From an uncultured Zetaproteobacteria bacterium (GTDB lineage Bacteria > Pseudomonadota > Zetaproteobacteria > Mariprofundales > Mariprofundaceae): a stretch of 39,730 nt of DNA. The position numbers and the translations under genes were made by a program. The stretch lies in NCBI GenBank assembly GCA_964414875.1, contig CAYPXU010000002.1, positions 1-39,730 of the forward strand, given 5' to 3'. Positions 29,178 through 37,987 of this stretch are shown here, piece after piece (within the stretch, counting starts at the first letter, position 1; every line of letters begins with the position of its first letter). The notes under the pieces were generated by a model, which saw only the letters and a list, made by a program, of their open reading frames with translations, made no database searches and was not told the origin of the DNA.

Positions 29178-30725
29178 CTATTCCCACTCAATCGTTGCTG
29201 GTGGCTTGCCTGATACATCATAAACAACACGGTTAATACCACGCACTTCATTGATAATGCGATTAGAGACCTTACCCAACAAAGCATGCGGCAATTCTGC
29301 CCAGTGTGCAGTCATAAAATCCTGTGTTTCCACAGCGCGAAGTGCTACAACCCATTCATAGGTTCGTCCATCCCCCATCACACCCACCGATTTGACAGGT
29401 AAAAACACCACAAATGCCTGCGATGTTTTTTCATACCAACCTGATGCACGCAACTCTTCAATAAAAATCGCATCGGCACGGCGTAATAAATCGGCATATT
29501 CTTTTTTCACTTCACCCAAAATACGTACACCCAAACCAGGACCTGGGAACGGATGACGGTATACCATTTCAGGTGCCAAGCCCAAAGCCACACCCAACTC
29601 TCGCACTTCATCTTTGAATAACTCACGCAAAGGCTCTAATAATTTCAAATGCAATGTTTCAGGCAAACCACCTACATTATGATGGCTCTTAATAGTTTTG
29701 GCTTTGCCATTTTTCCCACCCGCCGATTCAATCACATCGGGATAAATCGTACCCTGTGCCAACCATTTGGCTTGTGGCAATTTGGCAGATTCTTGCTGAA
29801 ACACTTCCACAAATTCACGCCCAATGATTTTACGTTTCGCCTCTGGGTCTTCCACACCCTTCAAATGCCCAAGAAATACATCCGATGCATCCACATGAAT
29901 CACTTTTACACCCAAGTGGTCAGAAAAAGTCTTCATCACTTCTGCGCCTTCATTAAGACGCAGCAAACCATTATCCACAAACACACAGGTCAACTGCGCA
30001 CCTATCGCCTTATGCAACAATGCCGCCGCAACGGATGAATCCACACCACCAGACAAACCGAGGATTACATCATCCTCACCCACTTGTTCACGAATATGCG
30101 CAACAGCTTCATCAATATAGTTCGGCATGGTCCACAATTCACCACAACCACAAATCTCATGCAAAAAACGGCTTAATATCGCTTTACCTTGCTTGGTATG
30201 AGTGACTTCTGGATGAAATTGTAATGCATAAAAATGTCGCGTTTCATCTGCCATACCTGCAATCGGCGTCGAATCATTGCTACACAATACACGAAATCCG
30301 TCTGGCAATGCTGTAACCTTATCACCATGCGACATCCACACATCAAGTACGCCGTTTTCTTTATCTTCAATGCCTCGCAGTAATGGAGAATCGCCACTGC
30401 TTAAAATCTCAGCATAACCGAACTCACGCACATGCCCCGTTTCAACACTGCCACCAAGCTGTTCTGCCATGGTCTGCATACCATAACAAATACCCAACAC
30501 AGGCACGCCCAGCTCAAACACCACTTGCGGTGCTTTCGGTGTTTCATCGTCATACACAGAATTAGGTCCACCCGAAAGGATGATACCTGATGGAGCAAAC
30601 GCACGAATGGCATCTGCACCCATATCCCAAGGATGAAGTTCACTAAACACCTTGGCCTCACGCACACGCCTTGCAATCAATTGCGTATATTGCGATCCAA
30701 AATCAAGAATCAGTATTTTATCCAT
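29178..30725 (-). CDS. guaA: Glutamine-hydrolysing GMP synthase
   Basis: N-terminal class I amidotransferase domain (GICYGMQ), ATP-PPase motif SGGVDSS, and a conserved C-terminus ending in the [10 protein letters not shown] motif. I prefer the start at [13 protein letters not shown] (30725). Confidence 0.96.
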   Translation of the reverse strand: MDKILILDFGSQYTQLIARRVREAKVFSELHPWDMGADAIRAFAPSGIILSGGPNSVYDDETPKAPQVVFELGVPVLGICYGMQTMAEQLGGSVETGHVREFGYAEILSSGDSPLLRGIEDKENGVLDVWMSHGDKVTALPDGFRVLCSNDSTPIAGMADETRHFYALQFHPEVTHTKQGKAILSRFLHEICGCGELWTMPNYIDEAVAHIREQVGEDDVILGLSGGVDSSVAAALLHKAIGAQLTCVFVDNGLLRLNEGAEVMKTFSDHLGVKVIHVDASDVFLGHLKGVEDPEAKRKIIGREFVEVFQQESAKLPQAKWLAQGTIYPDVIESAGGKNGKAKTIKSHHNVGGLPETLHLKLLEPLRELFKDEVRELGVALGLAPEMVYRHPFPGPGLGVRILGEVKKEYADLLRRADAIFIEELRASGWYEKTSQAFVVFLPVKSVGVMGDGRTYEWVVALRAVETQDFMTAHWAELPHALLGKVSNRIINEVRGINRVVYDVSGKPPATIEWE

Positions 30726-30821
30726 TATCTTTTCCCACCACTCAATTTTTTCAGCCAACAAATGCCGCGTAGCATAACCACCTTACACAACACTCGCCAC
30801 CACACAAAACCCTTGACAAAG

Positions 30822-31717
30822 GGGTCAGGTCTTGCAATCAAGCATTTCCATTCTTTTGACAGCTCGACTCACAGTAGAATAATGCACACCAAAGTGCGCT
30901 GCAATTTCATTCATACGAAATTCGCCCTCTAAAAAAGCACGCGCCATAGCATCATTTCGATGTTCCCCTTCACTCGCATAGTCATCCAAACTTTTTCCTA
31001 ATGACTTCCACTGCACCCTTGGTATCTCAGATAAATCATTTGATATATTTACCAAAGATTTAACCCTCTCAACAAAAGCATCACCGCCAAGATAAACCTG
31101 TTGGTTCAACCCGCCCCACACACAACCCGCTTTCATTCCATTCGCAACAAACTGGACATATACCTCTTGGTTGTTCGAATATGAAAATTGCGCTAACAAC
31201 CACCGAACACTTAACCAGCTCGGGCACACTACTACCCCTGCCGTTGCCGCATAACTACTCCATAACCACTGTCCCGCCTCATCTACCATCTTGGCACGCA
31301 CAGGATTCAACACAACATAACGACATAATTCCAGTAAATACACATCACGCTCGACCAAAATAGACTTATAACGCCCCTGAAACACATGACCCACACGCTG
31401 ATGAACACGGTTAAATCGCTGCGTATACACACCATTAAGTTGCCGCATACCACTACAAAGGTTTGACTGCGGCGTTTCTATCATCAAATGGTAGTGATTA
31501 TCCATCAAGCAATAAGCATGACACAACCAACCAAAACGCTTAATGACATCTTCAAGTGTCTTGAGAAATAATTCCCGATCTACATCATCTAGAAAAATAT
31601 TAGCCTGAGCATTACCTCGCGAGGTAATATGATAAATTGCATTCGGATATTCTATTCGTAATGGGCGTGACATTCCCCCACACTAGAGAAAGAATACTTG
31701 ATTGCAAGACCTGACCC
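30822..31717. mobile_element. Y1-transposase unit bounded by perfect 21-bp inverted repeats
   Basis: gggtcaggtcttgcaatcaag (30822-30842) is the exact reverse complement of cttgattgcaagacctgaccc (31697-31717). The left repeat covers the last codons and the stop of the transposase ORF. Short extra hairpins sit just outside each repeat (ccctt-gaca-aaggg at 30811-30824; cttg-g-caag at 31724-31732). Confidence 0.7.
30825..31673 (-). CDS. IS200-like Y1 (HUH) tyrosine transposase / RAYT-like protein with C-terminal DnaA-C-like HTH
   Basis: 282 aa. The N-terminus YHITSRGN, the HUH motif (DNHYHLMIE) and the catalytic Tyr context (VFQGRYKSILV) are intact. C-terminal HTH reads EIAAHFGVHYSTVSRAVKRME. 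Confidence 0.8.
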   Translation of the reverse strand: MSRPLRIEYPNAIYHITSRGNAQANIFLDDVDRELFLKTLEDVIKRFGWLCHAYCLMDNHYHLMIETPQSNLCSGMRQLNGVYTQRFNRVHQRVGHVFQGRYKSILVERDVYLLELCRYVVLNPVRAKMVDEAGQWLWSSYAATAGVVVCPSWLSVRWLLAQFSYSNNQEVYVQFVANGMKAGCVWGGLNQQVYLGGDAFVERVKSLVNISNDLSEIPRVQWKSLGKSLDDYASEGEHRNDAMARAFLEGEFRMNEIAAHFGVHYSTVSRAVKRMEMLDCKT

Positions 31718-31794
31718 TAAACACTTGGCAAGGGCTTTGCGCTTGATGAACTTCAAGATGCTGCAAACAATGTTGTATATGATTTATTCCTTTC

Positions 31795-32211
31795 TTAAGA
31801 ACTTTTTTTAGCAAAGGGTTTGTTTATCTCGGCCCAGTATACACAGAGAATATCTAGACAGTTTTGATGATTGATATCCTTGACCACATAACTGTTTGCT
31901 CCCAGTTCATAGCTATTGGCAATATCCTGCTTGTCATCGGAAGTGGAAAACATCACGACAGGCACATGCTTGGTTTTTTCATTACTTCGTATCCATTGCA
32001 ATACCTGCAAGCCATCTACCTGGGGCATTTTTAAGTCCAACAAAATCATGCTTGGCAATGCATTCTTATCCATAGCATTCAACTGTTCAATGGCATTCGC
32101 TCCACCGCTGGATTCAATCATGCGAAGCCCAATAGCACTCTTGCTTGCTCGCCGTTTGATCAAAATACGCTCATCTATATTATCATCGACGAACATTATA
32201 GTTTTAGTCAT
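31795..32211 (-). CDS. Single-domain response regulator (receiver only)
   Basis: 138 aa. Has the DD pair (FVDDN), phospho-acceptor Asp context ILLDLKMP, conserved S/T (MFSTS) and Lys (YVVK). No output domain. Confidence 0.85.
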   Translation of the reverse strand: MTKTIMFVDDNIDERILIKRRASKSAIGLRMIESSGGANAIEQLNAMDKNALPSMILLDLKMPQVDGLQVLQWIRSNEKTKHVPVVMFSTSDDKQDIANSYELGANSYVVKDINHQNCLDILCVYWAEINKPFAKKSS

Positions 32212-33313
32212 AACTAACCCCTCCGTGGGTTGTAAAGAAAAAACATGCGCCTTGGTCTATGGCAGATTCCACCCAAATTTTTCCGCCATGCTTGCTGATA
32301 ATGCGTTCCACCGTAGCTAAGCCAACGCCATTGCCTTCAAACTCATCCTCACTATGCAAGCGGCTGAATGGCTTGAATAGTTTGTCCGCCAGTTTCATAT
32401 CAAAGCCTACGCCATTATCACGCACATAAAAAAATGATTCATCAGCCTGCTTACCTGACCCAATGGTGATTTCAGGTTGTTCTACATTATGACTATATTT
32501 CCATGCATTATCAATCAGGTTATCCAAAACTACGCGCATCAATGACTCATCAGCCGCCTGTGCCAGCAGTTCTTCTTCAAGATTGAAGATTACGCTGTGC
32601 TGCGGATTATGTTCGCATAATTCATCAACAATGCTTTGTGCAATGGACGATAAATTTACTTCATGAAGCTTTAACTCAGCCCTGCTTGAGCGGGCGAAAT
32701 CGAGCAAGTCCTTAATTATATCACCCATACGGGCGGCGGAACGCCTAATTCTTGAGAGCATGAACTGTGCATCTTTAGGTAAATCGGCTTCATAATCTTC
32801 TCCCAAGGCTTCACAATAATTACAAATATGGCGCAATGGTGCGCGCAAATCATGTGAGGCGGAATAGGAAAAACTCTCCAGCGTCTCATTGCTCAAACGC
32901 AATGCTCGAGCTTGTTCACGCACTTCATCTTCTGCTTTTTTAATGCGCAAGCCCACCCGAACTTTGGTCAATAGTAATTCATCATCAATTGGTTTGGTGA
33001 GATAGTCCAGTGCTCCGGTTTCCAGACCGCGAATGACCCGATCTTGGTCACGGTAGCGAGCGGATAGAAAAATGACTGGTATATCTTTCACCCGATCAAT
33101 TTTCAACAGCTTCTCCAGCGTTTCATAACCATCAATGCCTGGCATCTGAACATCCAGAAGAATCAGATCAGGCAGCTTGGCTGCGGCTATACTCAGACAC
33201 TCTTCACCCGTTTCAGCAGTAATCATATCGTAATCATCTTCCAGAATTTGCTCCACCAAATCCATATTGTCCGGATTATCATCGACAATCAGAATCAAGG
33301 CACGTTCACGCAT
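32204..33313 (-). CDS. Receiver-histidine kinase hybrid (REC-HisKA-HATPase)
   Basis: 369 aa. N-terminal REC (LIVDDNPDN, LILLDVQMPGIDG, KP). H-box SASHDLRAPL. N/G boxes (DNLIDNAWKY, DNGVGF, GNGVGLA). 8-nt overlaps with both neighbouring genes. Confidence 0.85.
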   Translation of the reverse strand: MRERALILIVDDNPDNMDLVEQILEDDYDMITAETGEECLSIAAAKLPDLILLDVQMPGIDGYETLEKLLKIDRVKDIPVIFLSARYRDQDRVIRGLETGALDYLTKPIDDELLLTKVRVGLRIKKAEDEVREQARALRLSNETLESFSYSASHDLRAPLRHICNYCEALGEDYEADLPKDAQFMLSRIRRSAARMGDIIKDLLDFARSSRAELKLHEVNLSSIAQSIVDELCEHNPQHSVIFNLEEELLAQAADESLMRVVLDNLIDNAWKYSHNVEQPEITIGSGKQADESFFYVRDNGVGFDMKLADKLFKPFSRLHSEDEFEGNGVGLATVERIISKHGGKIWVESAIDQGACFFFTTHGGVSYD

Positions 33314-33692
33314 GGTTTACCTCCAGATAATAGCTAATGCGCTGCAACAATAAATCATCATCAATAGGCTTGGTTAGGTAAGCATCGCAACCCGCTTCAA
33401 GGCAGGTGCGTTCATCATTGGCCATAGCATGGGCAGTCAGCGCTAATACCGGAATATCTTTTAAGGCATCGTTCTGTTTGATGAGGCGGGTAGCATCCAA
33501 CCCATTCATGTCGGGCAGGGATACATCCATCAAAATAAGATCAATCCCACCAGCCTGCAAACGTTCAAGCCCCGATTTTGCACGATCAAAACCTTCAACG
33601 ACATAATCTTCATCTTCGAGAATCTCCGTCACCAGATCCATATTGTCCGGATTATCCTCGATGACCATAATCACATGCTTCACTACACTCAT
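33306..33692 (-). CDS. Single-domain response regulator (receiver only)
   Basis: 128 aa. Motifs VIEDNPDN, LILMDVSLPDMNG, LTAH and YLTKP. No output domain. Confidence 0.85.
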   Translation of the reverse strand: MSVVKHVIMVIEDNPDNMDLVTEILEDEDYVVEGFDRAKSGLERLQAGGIDLILMDVSLPDMNGLDATRLIKQNDALKDIPVLALTAHAMANDERTCLEAGCDAYLTKPIDDDLLLQRISYYLEVNHA

Positions 33693-35644
33693 AGTTTCAA
33701 CTTACCAATAGTTTTTGCCACCATTTTATTCAAATCCATACCGCCCTTGACCATCACCTGCGAGGCATGCGATTCCAGCCAGTCGATTTCATCACGACTC
33801 AATATTTTGGCCGTACTGACGATCAATGGAATATTTTTCAGACTTTCATCTTCGCGCATCAAGCGAATCACTTCAAAGCCATTCATATTAGGCATCATCA
33901 AGTCCAGTACAATCATATCCGGTTGCTTTACACGCATTTGCGCCATCGCATCAACACCATCCACAGCCAGACGCACATCAATATGTGCATCTTCAAACAC
34001 CTGCTGCATAAGCTCGCGCACACCAGCATCATCATCCACCACCAGCACTTCACGCGTTTCATTGAGCAGACGGGCATACTTGATCGATTGCAATAAATTC
34101 TCCGGCACGATGGGCTTCTCCAAATAGTCTACTGCACCGAGTTTCATACCCAATGCCTTATTATCCATCATCGTAGCCATCAACACTGGGATTTCTTTGG
34201 TGGCTGGGTCGGCTTTTAATTCCTGCAAGACAGACCACCCATCTTTATGCGGCATTTGCACATCCAGTGTGATAGCTGTGGGTTGCTGCTCTTTAGCGAT
34301 TTTCAGTCCATCATCACCATTATTCGCACACAACACCTGATAACCGTCATCGGATAAACATTGCTGAAACAGCTCCAACACATCAGGATTATCATCAATG
34401 CAAAGGATCACTGCCTTGCCAGCTACCGCGTTGTCCAACTCAGGCAAGGGGAGTTCAACCGCATCCTCAATGACATCTGCCCCCGGCTGCTGTTTCGGCA
34501 GGCAGACGGTAAATGTCGAGCCCTCGCCATAGACACTGCTGACTTCGACACGTCCGCCCATCAATTCGACAAAGTTCTTGGTGATATTCAATCCCAAACC
34601 AGTACCGCCATAAGCGCGGGTATTGCTGCCATCCGCCTGTCGGAAGGCTTCAAAGATAAACTGCAAATTCTCCGCCTGCATGCCAATACCGCTATCTTCC
34701 ACAGCAATCATGACCCCATCACCATCCATGCTTGCATCATCCAGCAATGCAGCGCGGATGGTTACACTACCTTCAGCCGTAAATTTCACAGCATTACTGA
34801 CTAAATTGATCAACACCTGTTTTAGCCGTACCCGATCCACATAGAGTGAGAGAGGCTGTTGCGGCAATTCCATATTGAAGGCAATACCTTTTTCATGCCA
34901 CAAGGAGTTGGTTAAATCACGCACCTCGTTGATCAGATCATGCATTGCTACATGTTCTGGATATAGCTCCATGCGACCCGCTTCAACTTTACTAATATCG
35001 AGAAGGTCATTGATCAGACCGAGCAGGTGGTGGGCATTGCGTTCCACGGTATGTAGGTTCTTCAATTGTCGTGCATCGAGTTTATCGCTGGCTTTCTTGA
35101 TGACGCGGCCCGTAAAGCCGATAATCGAATTCATCGGCGTGCGCAATTCATGCGACATATTAGCCAGAAACTCCGATTTTAGGCGGGTGGATTCTTCCAA
35201 TTCCCTGTTTTTTAAGTTTAAATTATCAGCCTGCTGTTGCAAATCAAGCATCATGGCTGCTTTTGATGGTGCTTCAAGCTGCTCTCGCTCAACCTGCCAG
35301 TTTAATGCGGGTAGTGCTGGCAATCGCCATGAATAGAGTCGCTGCCCATAACTGTCGGTTCCTGCCTTGTCACACAAGTAGCTTAGATTTGCTTCATGAT
35401 TCACGGTGGATGGATCGCCTTGCTGTTGCATTTCGACATAGAGGGTCAGACAAGGTGCGCGATGCAGCTTGCCGATACGAAGCAAAAGCTCATGACCCTG
35501 CTGTGCCAGTTCACAGCCCAGAATAGCCACACGATCTGCGACGATGGATGATAAACCTACAGCTCGGGCAAACAGCGGCAAACGCTGACGCAAATTCAGG
35601 CGTGCTTCTTCGTCATGGGTTTGAATGCGTGCGACTTCTCTCAT
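33689..35644 (-). CDS. Soluble hybrid histidine kinase: novel N-terminal domain - coiled coil - HisKA - HATPase - REC - REC
   Basis: Start at ATG 35644 (GGAGA RBS; ATGA overlap with the upstream stop). H-box NMSHELRTPMNSIIGF. N/G boxes (NLVSNAVKFT, DSGIGM, GTGLGL). Two C-terminal receivers (ILCIDDNPD...ITLDVQMPHKDG and VLVVDDDAG...IVLDLMMPNMNG). No TM segments. Confidence 0.85.
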   Translation of the reverse strand: MREVARIQTHDEEARLNLRQRLPLFARAVGLSSIVADRVAILGCELAQQGHELLLRIGKLHRAPCLTLYVEMQQQGDPSTVNHEANLSYLCDKAGTDSYGQRLYSWRLPALPALNWQVEREQLEAPSKAAMMLDLQQQADNLNLKNRELEESTRLKSEFLANMSHELRTPMNSIIGFTGRVIKKASDKLDARQLKNLHTVERNAHHLLGLINDLLDISKVEAGRMELYPEHVAMHDLINEVRDLTNSLWHEKGIAFNMELPQQPLSLYVDRVRLKQVLINLVSNAVKFTAEGSVTIRAALLDDASMDGDGVMIAVEDSGIGMQAENLQFIFEAFRQADGSNTRAYGGTGLGLNITKNFVELMGGRVEVSSVYGEGSTFTVCLPKQQPGADVIEDAVELPLPELDNAVAGKAVILCIDDNPDVLELFQQCLSDDGYQVLCANNGDDGLKIAKEQQPTAITLDVQMPHKDGWSVLQELKADPATKEIPVLMATMMDNKALGMKLGAVDYLEKPIVPENLLQSIKYARLLNETREVLVVDDDAGVRELMQQVFEDAHIDVRLAVDGVDAMAQMRVKQPDMIVLDLMMPNMNGFEVIRLMREDESLKNIPLIVSTAKILSRDEIDWLESHASQVMVKGGMDLNKMVAKTIGKLKL

Positions 35645-36303
35645 GGTTTCTCCTGGCTTGATAATAATGTTAATGCTTGCCGCTTGCCCCAATAGCGTAG
35701 CACAATACAACTGGCATCATCACGCCCATCCGCCAATTCACGCATGATGTTCAATGATACCGTAGTCATAGAGTGGTCATGTAGCAACAGCCGTTGCCAG
35801 GCTTGTGATGGCGTGCTGCGACGAATACCATCACTGTGCGCGACTAGCCATTGACCCGGCTCGCATTGCCTGTGTTGCAATCGCGGGGTGGGCATGTGAT
35901 AACCGATAATACCCTGTTGTTCGTTACTGCGATTGACTTGCGCCAGCCCGCTGTGAAAACAACACAGCGATACATCACCGATATGAATAAAATCCACACC
36001 ACCATCAGCATGCAATACAAATGCCACCGCCACCATACCGCGTGAGCCTTTCAAGCGTGCATGCAAGGCATGAAACAACGCCACCAGATCAATTTCATCC
36101 GATGTTTCGATCATGCCACGGGCAACGCCAATGGCCTGTTGCTGAATGCGCTCTGCTTCCACCCCATGTCCCGCACCATCACACAACAAGCCAAACAACC
36201 CCTGCGTATGCCAACACGTCCAGACACCATCGCCGCAATGCGGTGCATGACCAAGCATTGGCTGGCGCTGACTGGCTAGTTGTGCGAAGTTTTTAACTTG
36301 CAT
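35641..36303 (-). CDS. rsbX: RsbX-like PP2C-type feedback phosphatase
   Basis: 220 aa. CGDG...LLCDGAGHG, VAVAFVL, IGDVS, HSDGI and DDASCIVL motifs follow the RsbX/SpoIIE pattern. Positioned directly after the RsbT homologue. An alternative start is M16 at 36258. Confidence 0.7.
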   Translation of the reverse strand: MQVKNFAQLASQRQPMLGHAPHCGDGVWTCWHTQGLFGLLCDGAGHGVEAERIQQQAIGVARGMIETSDEIDLVALFHALHARLKGSRGMVAVAFVLHADGGVDFIHIGDVSLCCFHSGLAQVNRSNEQQGIIGYHMPTPRLQHRQCEPGQWLVAHSDGIRRSTPSQAWQRLLLHDHSMTTVSLNIMRELADGRDDASCIVLRYWGKRQALTLLSSQEKP

Positions 36304-36677
36304 TGCGCCTGCACCCTCAAACCGCCTTGCGACATATTTTCAATTTTCATTGCATCCATAATGCGTTGCACCGCAGGTAAGCCCACGCCCAGCCCTTTGC
36401 CGCCAGAATAGCCCTCTTGCATGGCTAACTCGATATCTACAATGCCTGGCCCTTGATCACTGCTCTCGATACTTATTTTCCGGACGACCGGATCGAATTT
36501 CAGGTGAATAAAACCGCCTCGCGCATAACGCACCAGATTGGTGCCCAATTCCGATGTCACTGTGCTAATCAACATATATTCCGATTCCCTGCAATGGGCT
36601 TCCAGCATCTGACGTGTCAACAGAGTCACCCGCATCACATCAGCTTCATTATTGATCTGAATACGCCGCTCAACCAC
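36276..36677 (-). CDS. rsbT: RsbT-like serine/threonine switch kinase (GHKL, anti-sigma-factor-type)
   Basis: 133 aa with a GTG start. The pattern I.I..EADV..V....R...E......L.STVTSELGTNLVRYA, then DQGPGI and GLGVGLPAVQR, matches RsbT/SpoIIAB-type kinases. Confidence 0.8.
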   Translation of the reverse strand: MVERRIQINNEADVMRVTLLTRQMLEAHCRESEYMLISTVTSELGTNLVRYARGGFIHLKFDPVVRKISIESSDQGPGIVDIELAMQEGYSGGKGLGVGLPAVQRIMDAMKIENMSQGGLRVQAQCKLKTSHN

Positions 36678-36737
36678 GCATGAACCGATACAGAATGAAA
36701 TACGCTATAGTTTTCATGTTAATACATTCACCCAGAT

Positions 36738-37097
36738 TCATACGCATTTCAGCATCCGAATGGCGCGCGGCACAGCTTTGGCAAAACAGAGTCTGTCGGT
36801 GTTGATATCCAGATGCACCAGTGCCGTAATCAGACCCGCCTGCATACCAGTGACAGCCGTTGGCACGCCCATGATTTGAATCATGCTCAGCATCTTATCC
36901 AACGCCTGTAGCAAGGCAGTTTCGGTGACACGCAATTGCTGCAAATTGATTACCACCGCAACCACATCATCAGATTCCAGTCGTTGCAACACAGTGGCCG
37001 ATAGCGCCATCAAATCATCGCTGCTGATACGGGCTGGAATATCGACCACCAGAGCGCCCTGCAAGCGGCTTAACAGCCCTTCGTGATGCATACTCAC
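36738..37097 (-). CDS. rsbS: RsbS-like single STAS-domain stressosome scaffold protein
   Basis: 119 aa. Alignable by eye to B. subtilis RsbS. Thr in VTETALLQAL occupies the position of phosphorylatable Ser59 (MIDSFIAKVL). GTG at 37097 or ATG at 37091; only 2 nt after the RsbR stop. Confidence 0.8.
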   Translation of the reverse strand: MSMHHEGLLSRLQGALVVDIPARISSDDLMALSATVLQRLESDDVVAVVINLQQLRVTETALLQALDKMLSMIQIMGVPTAVTGMQAGLITALVHLDINTDRLCFAKAVPRAIRMLKCV

Positions 37098-37099
37098 AA

Positions 37100-37987
37100 T
37101 TATATATCCATATTCTGCGCGTTAATTTCTTTAAGTGTTGCCAGTGCCATGCGCAGCCCTTTGCGCAAGGTCGGGGCACTGTTCACGCCGCCAAGATCCA
37201 GCCCCAGATTTGCCATAGCTTGCGCTACATGCGAGGTAACACCAGAGACAATGCAGTGGCAGCCCATCATGCTTACCGCCTTGGTGATTTTCAGCAAATG
37301 ATTGGCGACGGCGCTATCGATGCTAGCCACGCCCTGAATATCGAGCAAAATAATCTCCGAATCGGTGCGATCCAGTGCTTCCAGCATGGCATCCATGATT
37401 TCCTGCGAGCGCGCCGAATCGACTGTGCCGACAATCGGAATCATCAGGATATCCTGCCATATCTGCATCACCGGCGTGGACATCGCACTCATCGCACTCA
37501 TCTGCTCGGCAAGCAGCGATTTTTGCATCTCGGTAAAACATTCAAAGGTGTACAGACCGAGCGAATCCACCAGCTTGTTGGTCAACATCAGGCTGGAAAA
37601 CAGCGCATCGTTATCATTCTCATATTTCTGTTGCAGAGCATCCATCACAGCCTCTTTCAGCGAGAAAATAAAAGTGGCTGTTTCCGACGGGCTAAAGCCC
37701 AGCATGACATACCGTTCAGAGACCTTTTTAAGATTGGCTTTTACCGCATCAAATGCTTCGGCTTCAATATCATTCATATTACCGGCAGATACCGCCAGGT
37801 TGATGCTGACCAGCGTATCAGACGACATTTGTTGCATTTCTTCCTTAGAAATTAAATCGCTGCGCAAGTTGCTTGCTGTTGCCTGCTGTTTGATCCATAA
37901 TTTAAGGATTAGATCACTGTCTTTATTGAATAAGTCAGCTATAATTTGCATTTTCGCCTCTTGTACCTCCTGTTTTTTCTGGCTCAT
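37100..37987 (-). CDS. rsbR: RsbR-like stressosome sensor protein (N-terminal helical sensor domain + C-terminal STAS)
   Basis: 295 aa. The C-terminal half aligns by eye to B. subtilis RsbRA (IPIVGTVDSARSQEIM.. vs MPLVGTIDTERAKRIM..; LLDIQGVASIDSAVANHLL vs LIDITGVPVVDTMVAHHII). Ser residues sit at both RsbRA phospho-Thr positions. The N-terminal ~160 aa contain no His. Confidence 0.85.
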   Translation of the reverse strand: MSQKKQEVQEAKMQIIADLFNKDSDLILKLWIKQQATASNLRSDLISKEEMQQMSSDTLVSINLAVSAGNMNDIEAEAFDAVKANLKKVSERYVMLGFSPSETATFIFSLKEAVMDALQQKYENDNDALFSSLMLTNKLVDSLGLYTFECFTEMQKSLLAEQMSAMSAMSTPVMQIWQDILMIPIVGTVDSARSQEIMDAMLEALDRTDSEIILLDIQGVASIDSAVANHLLKITKAVSMMGCHCIVSGVTSHVAQAMANLGLDLGGVNSAPTLRKGLRMALATLKEINAQNMDI

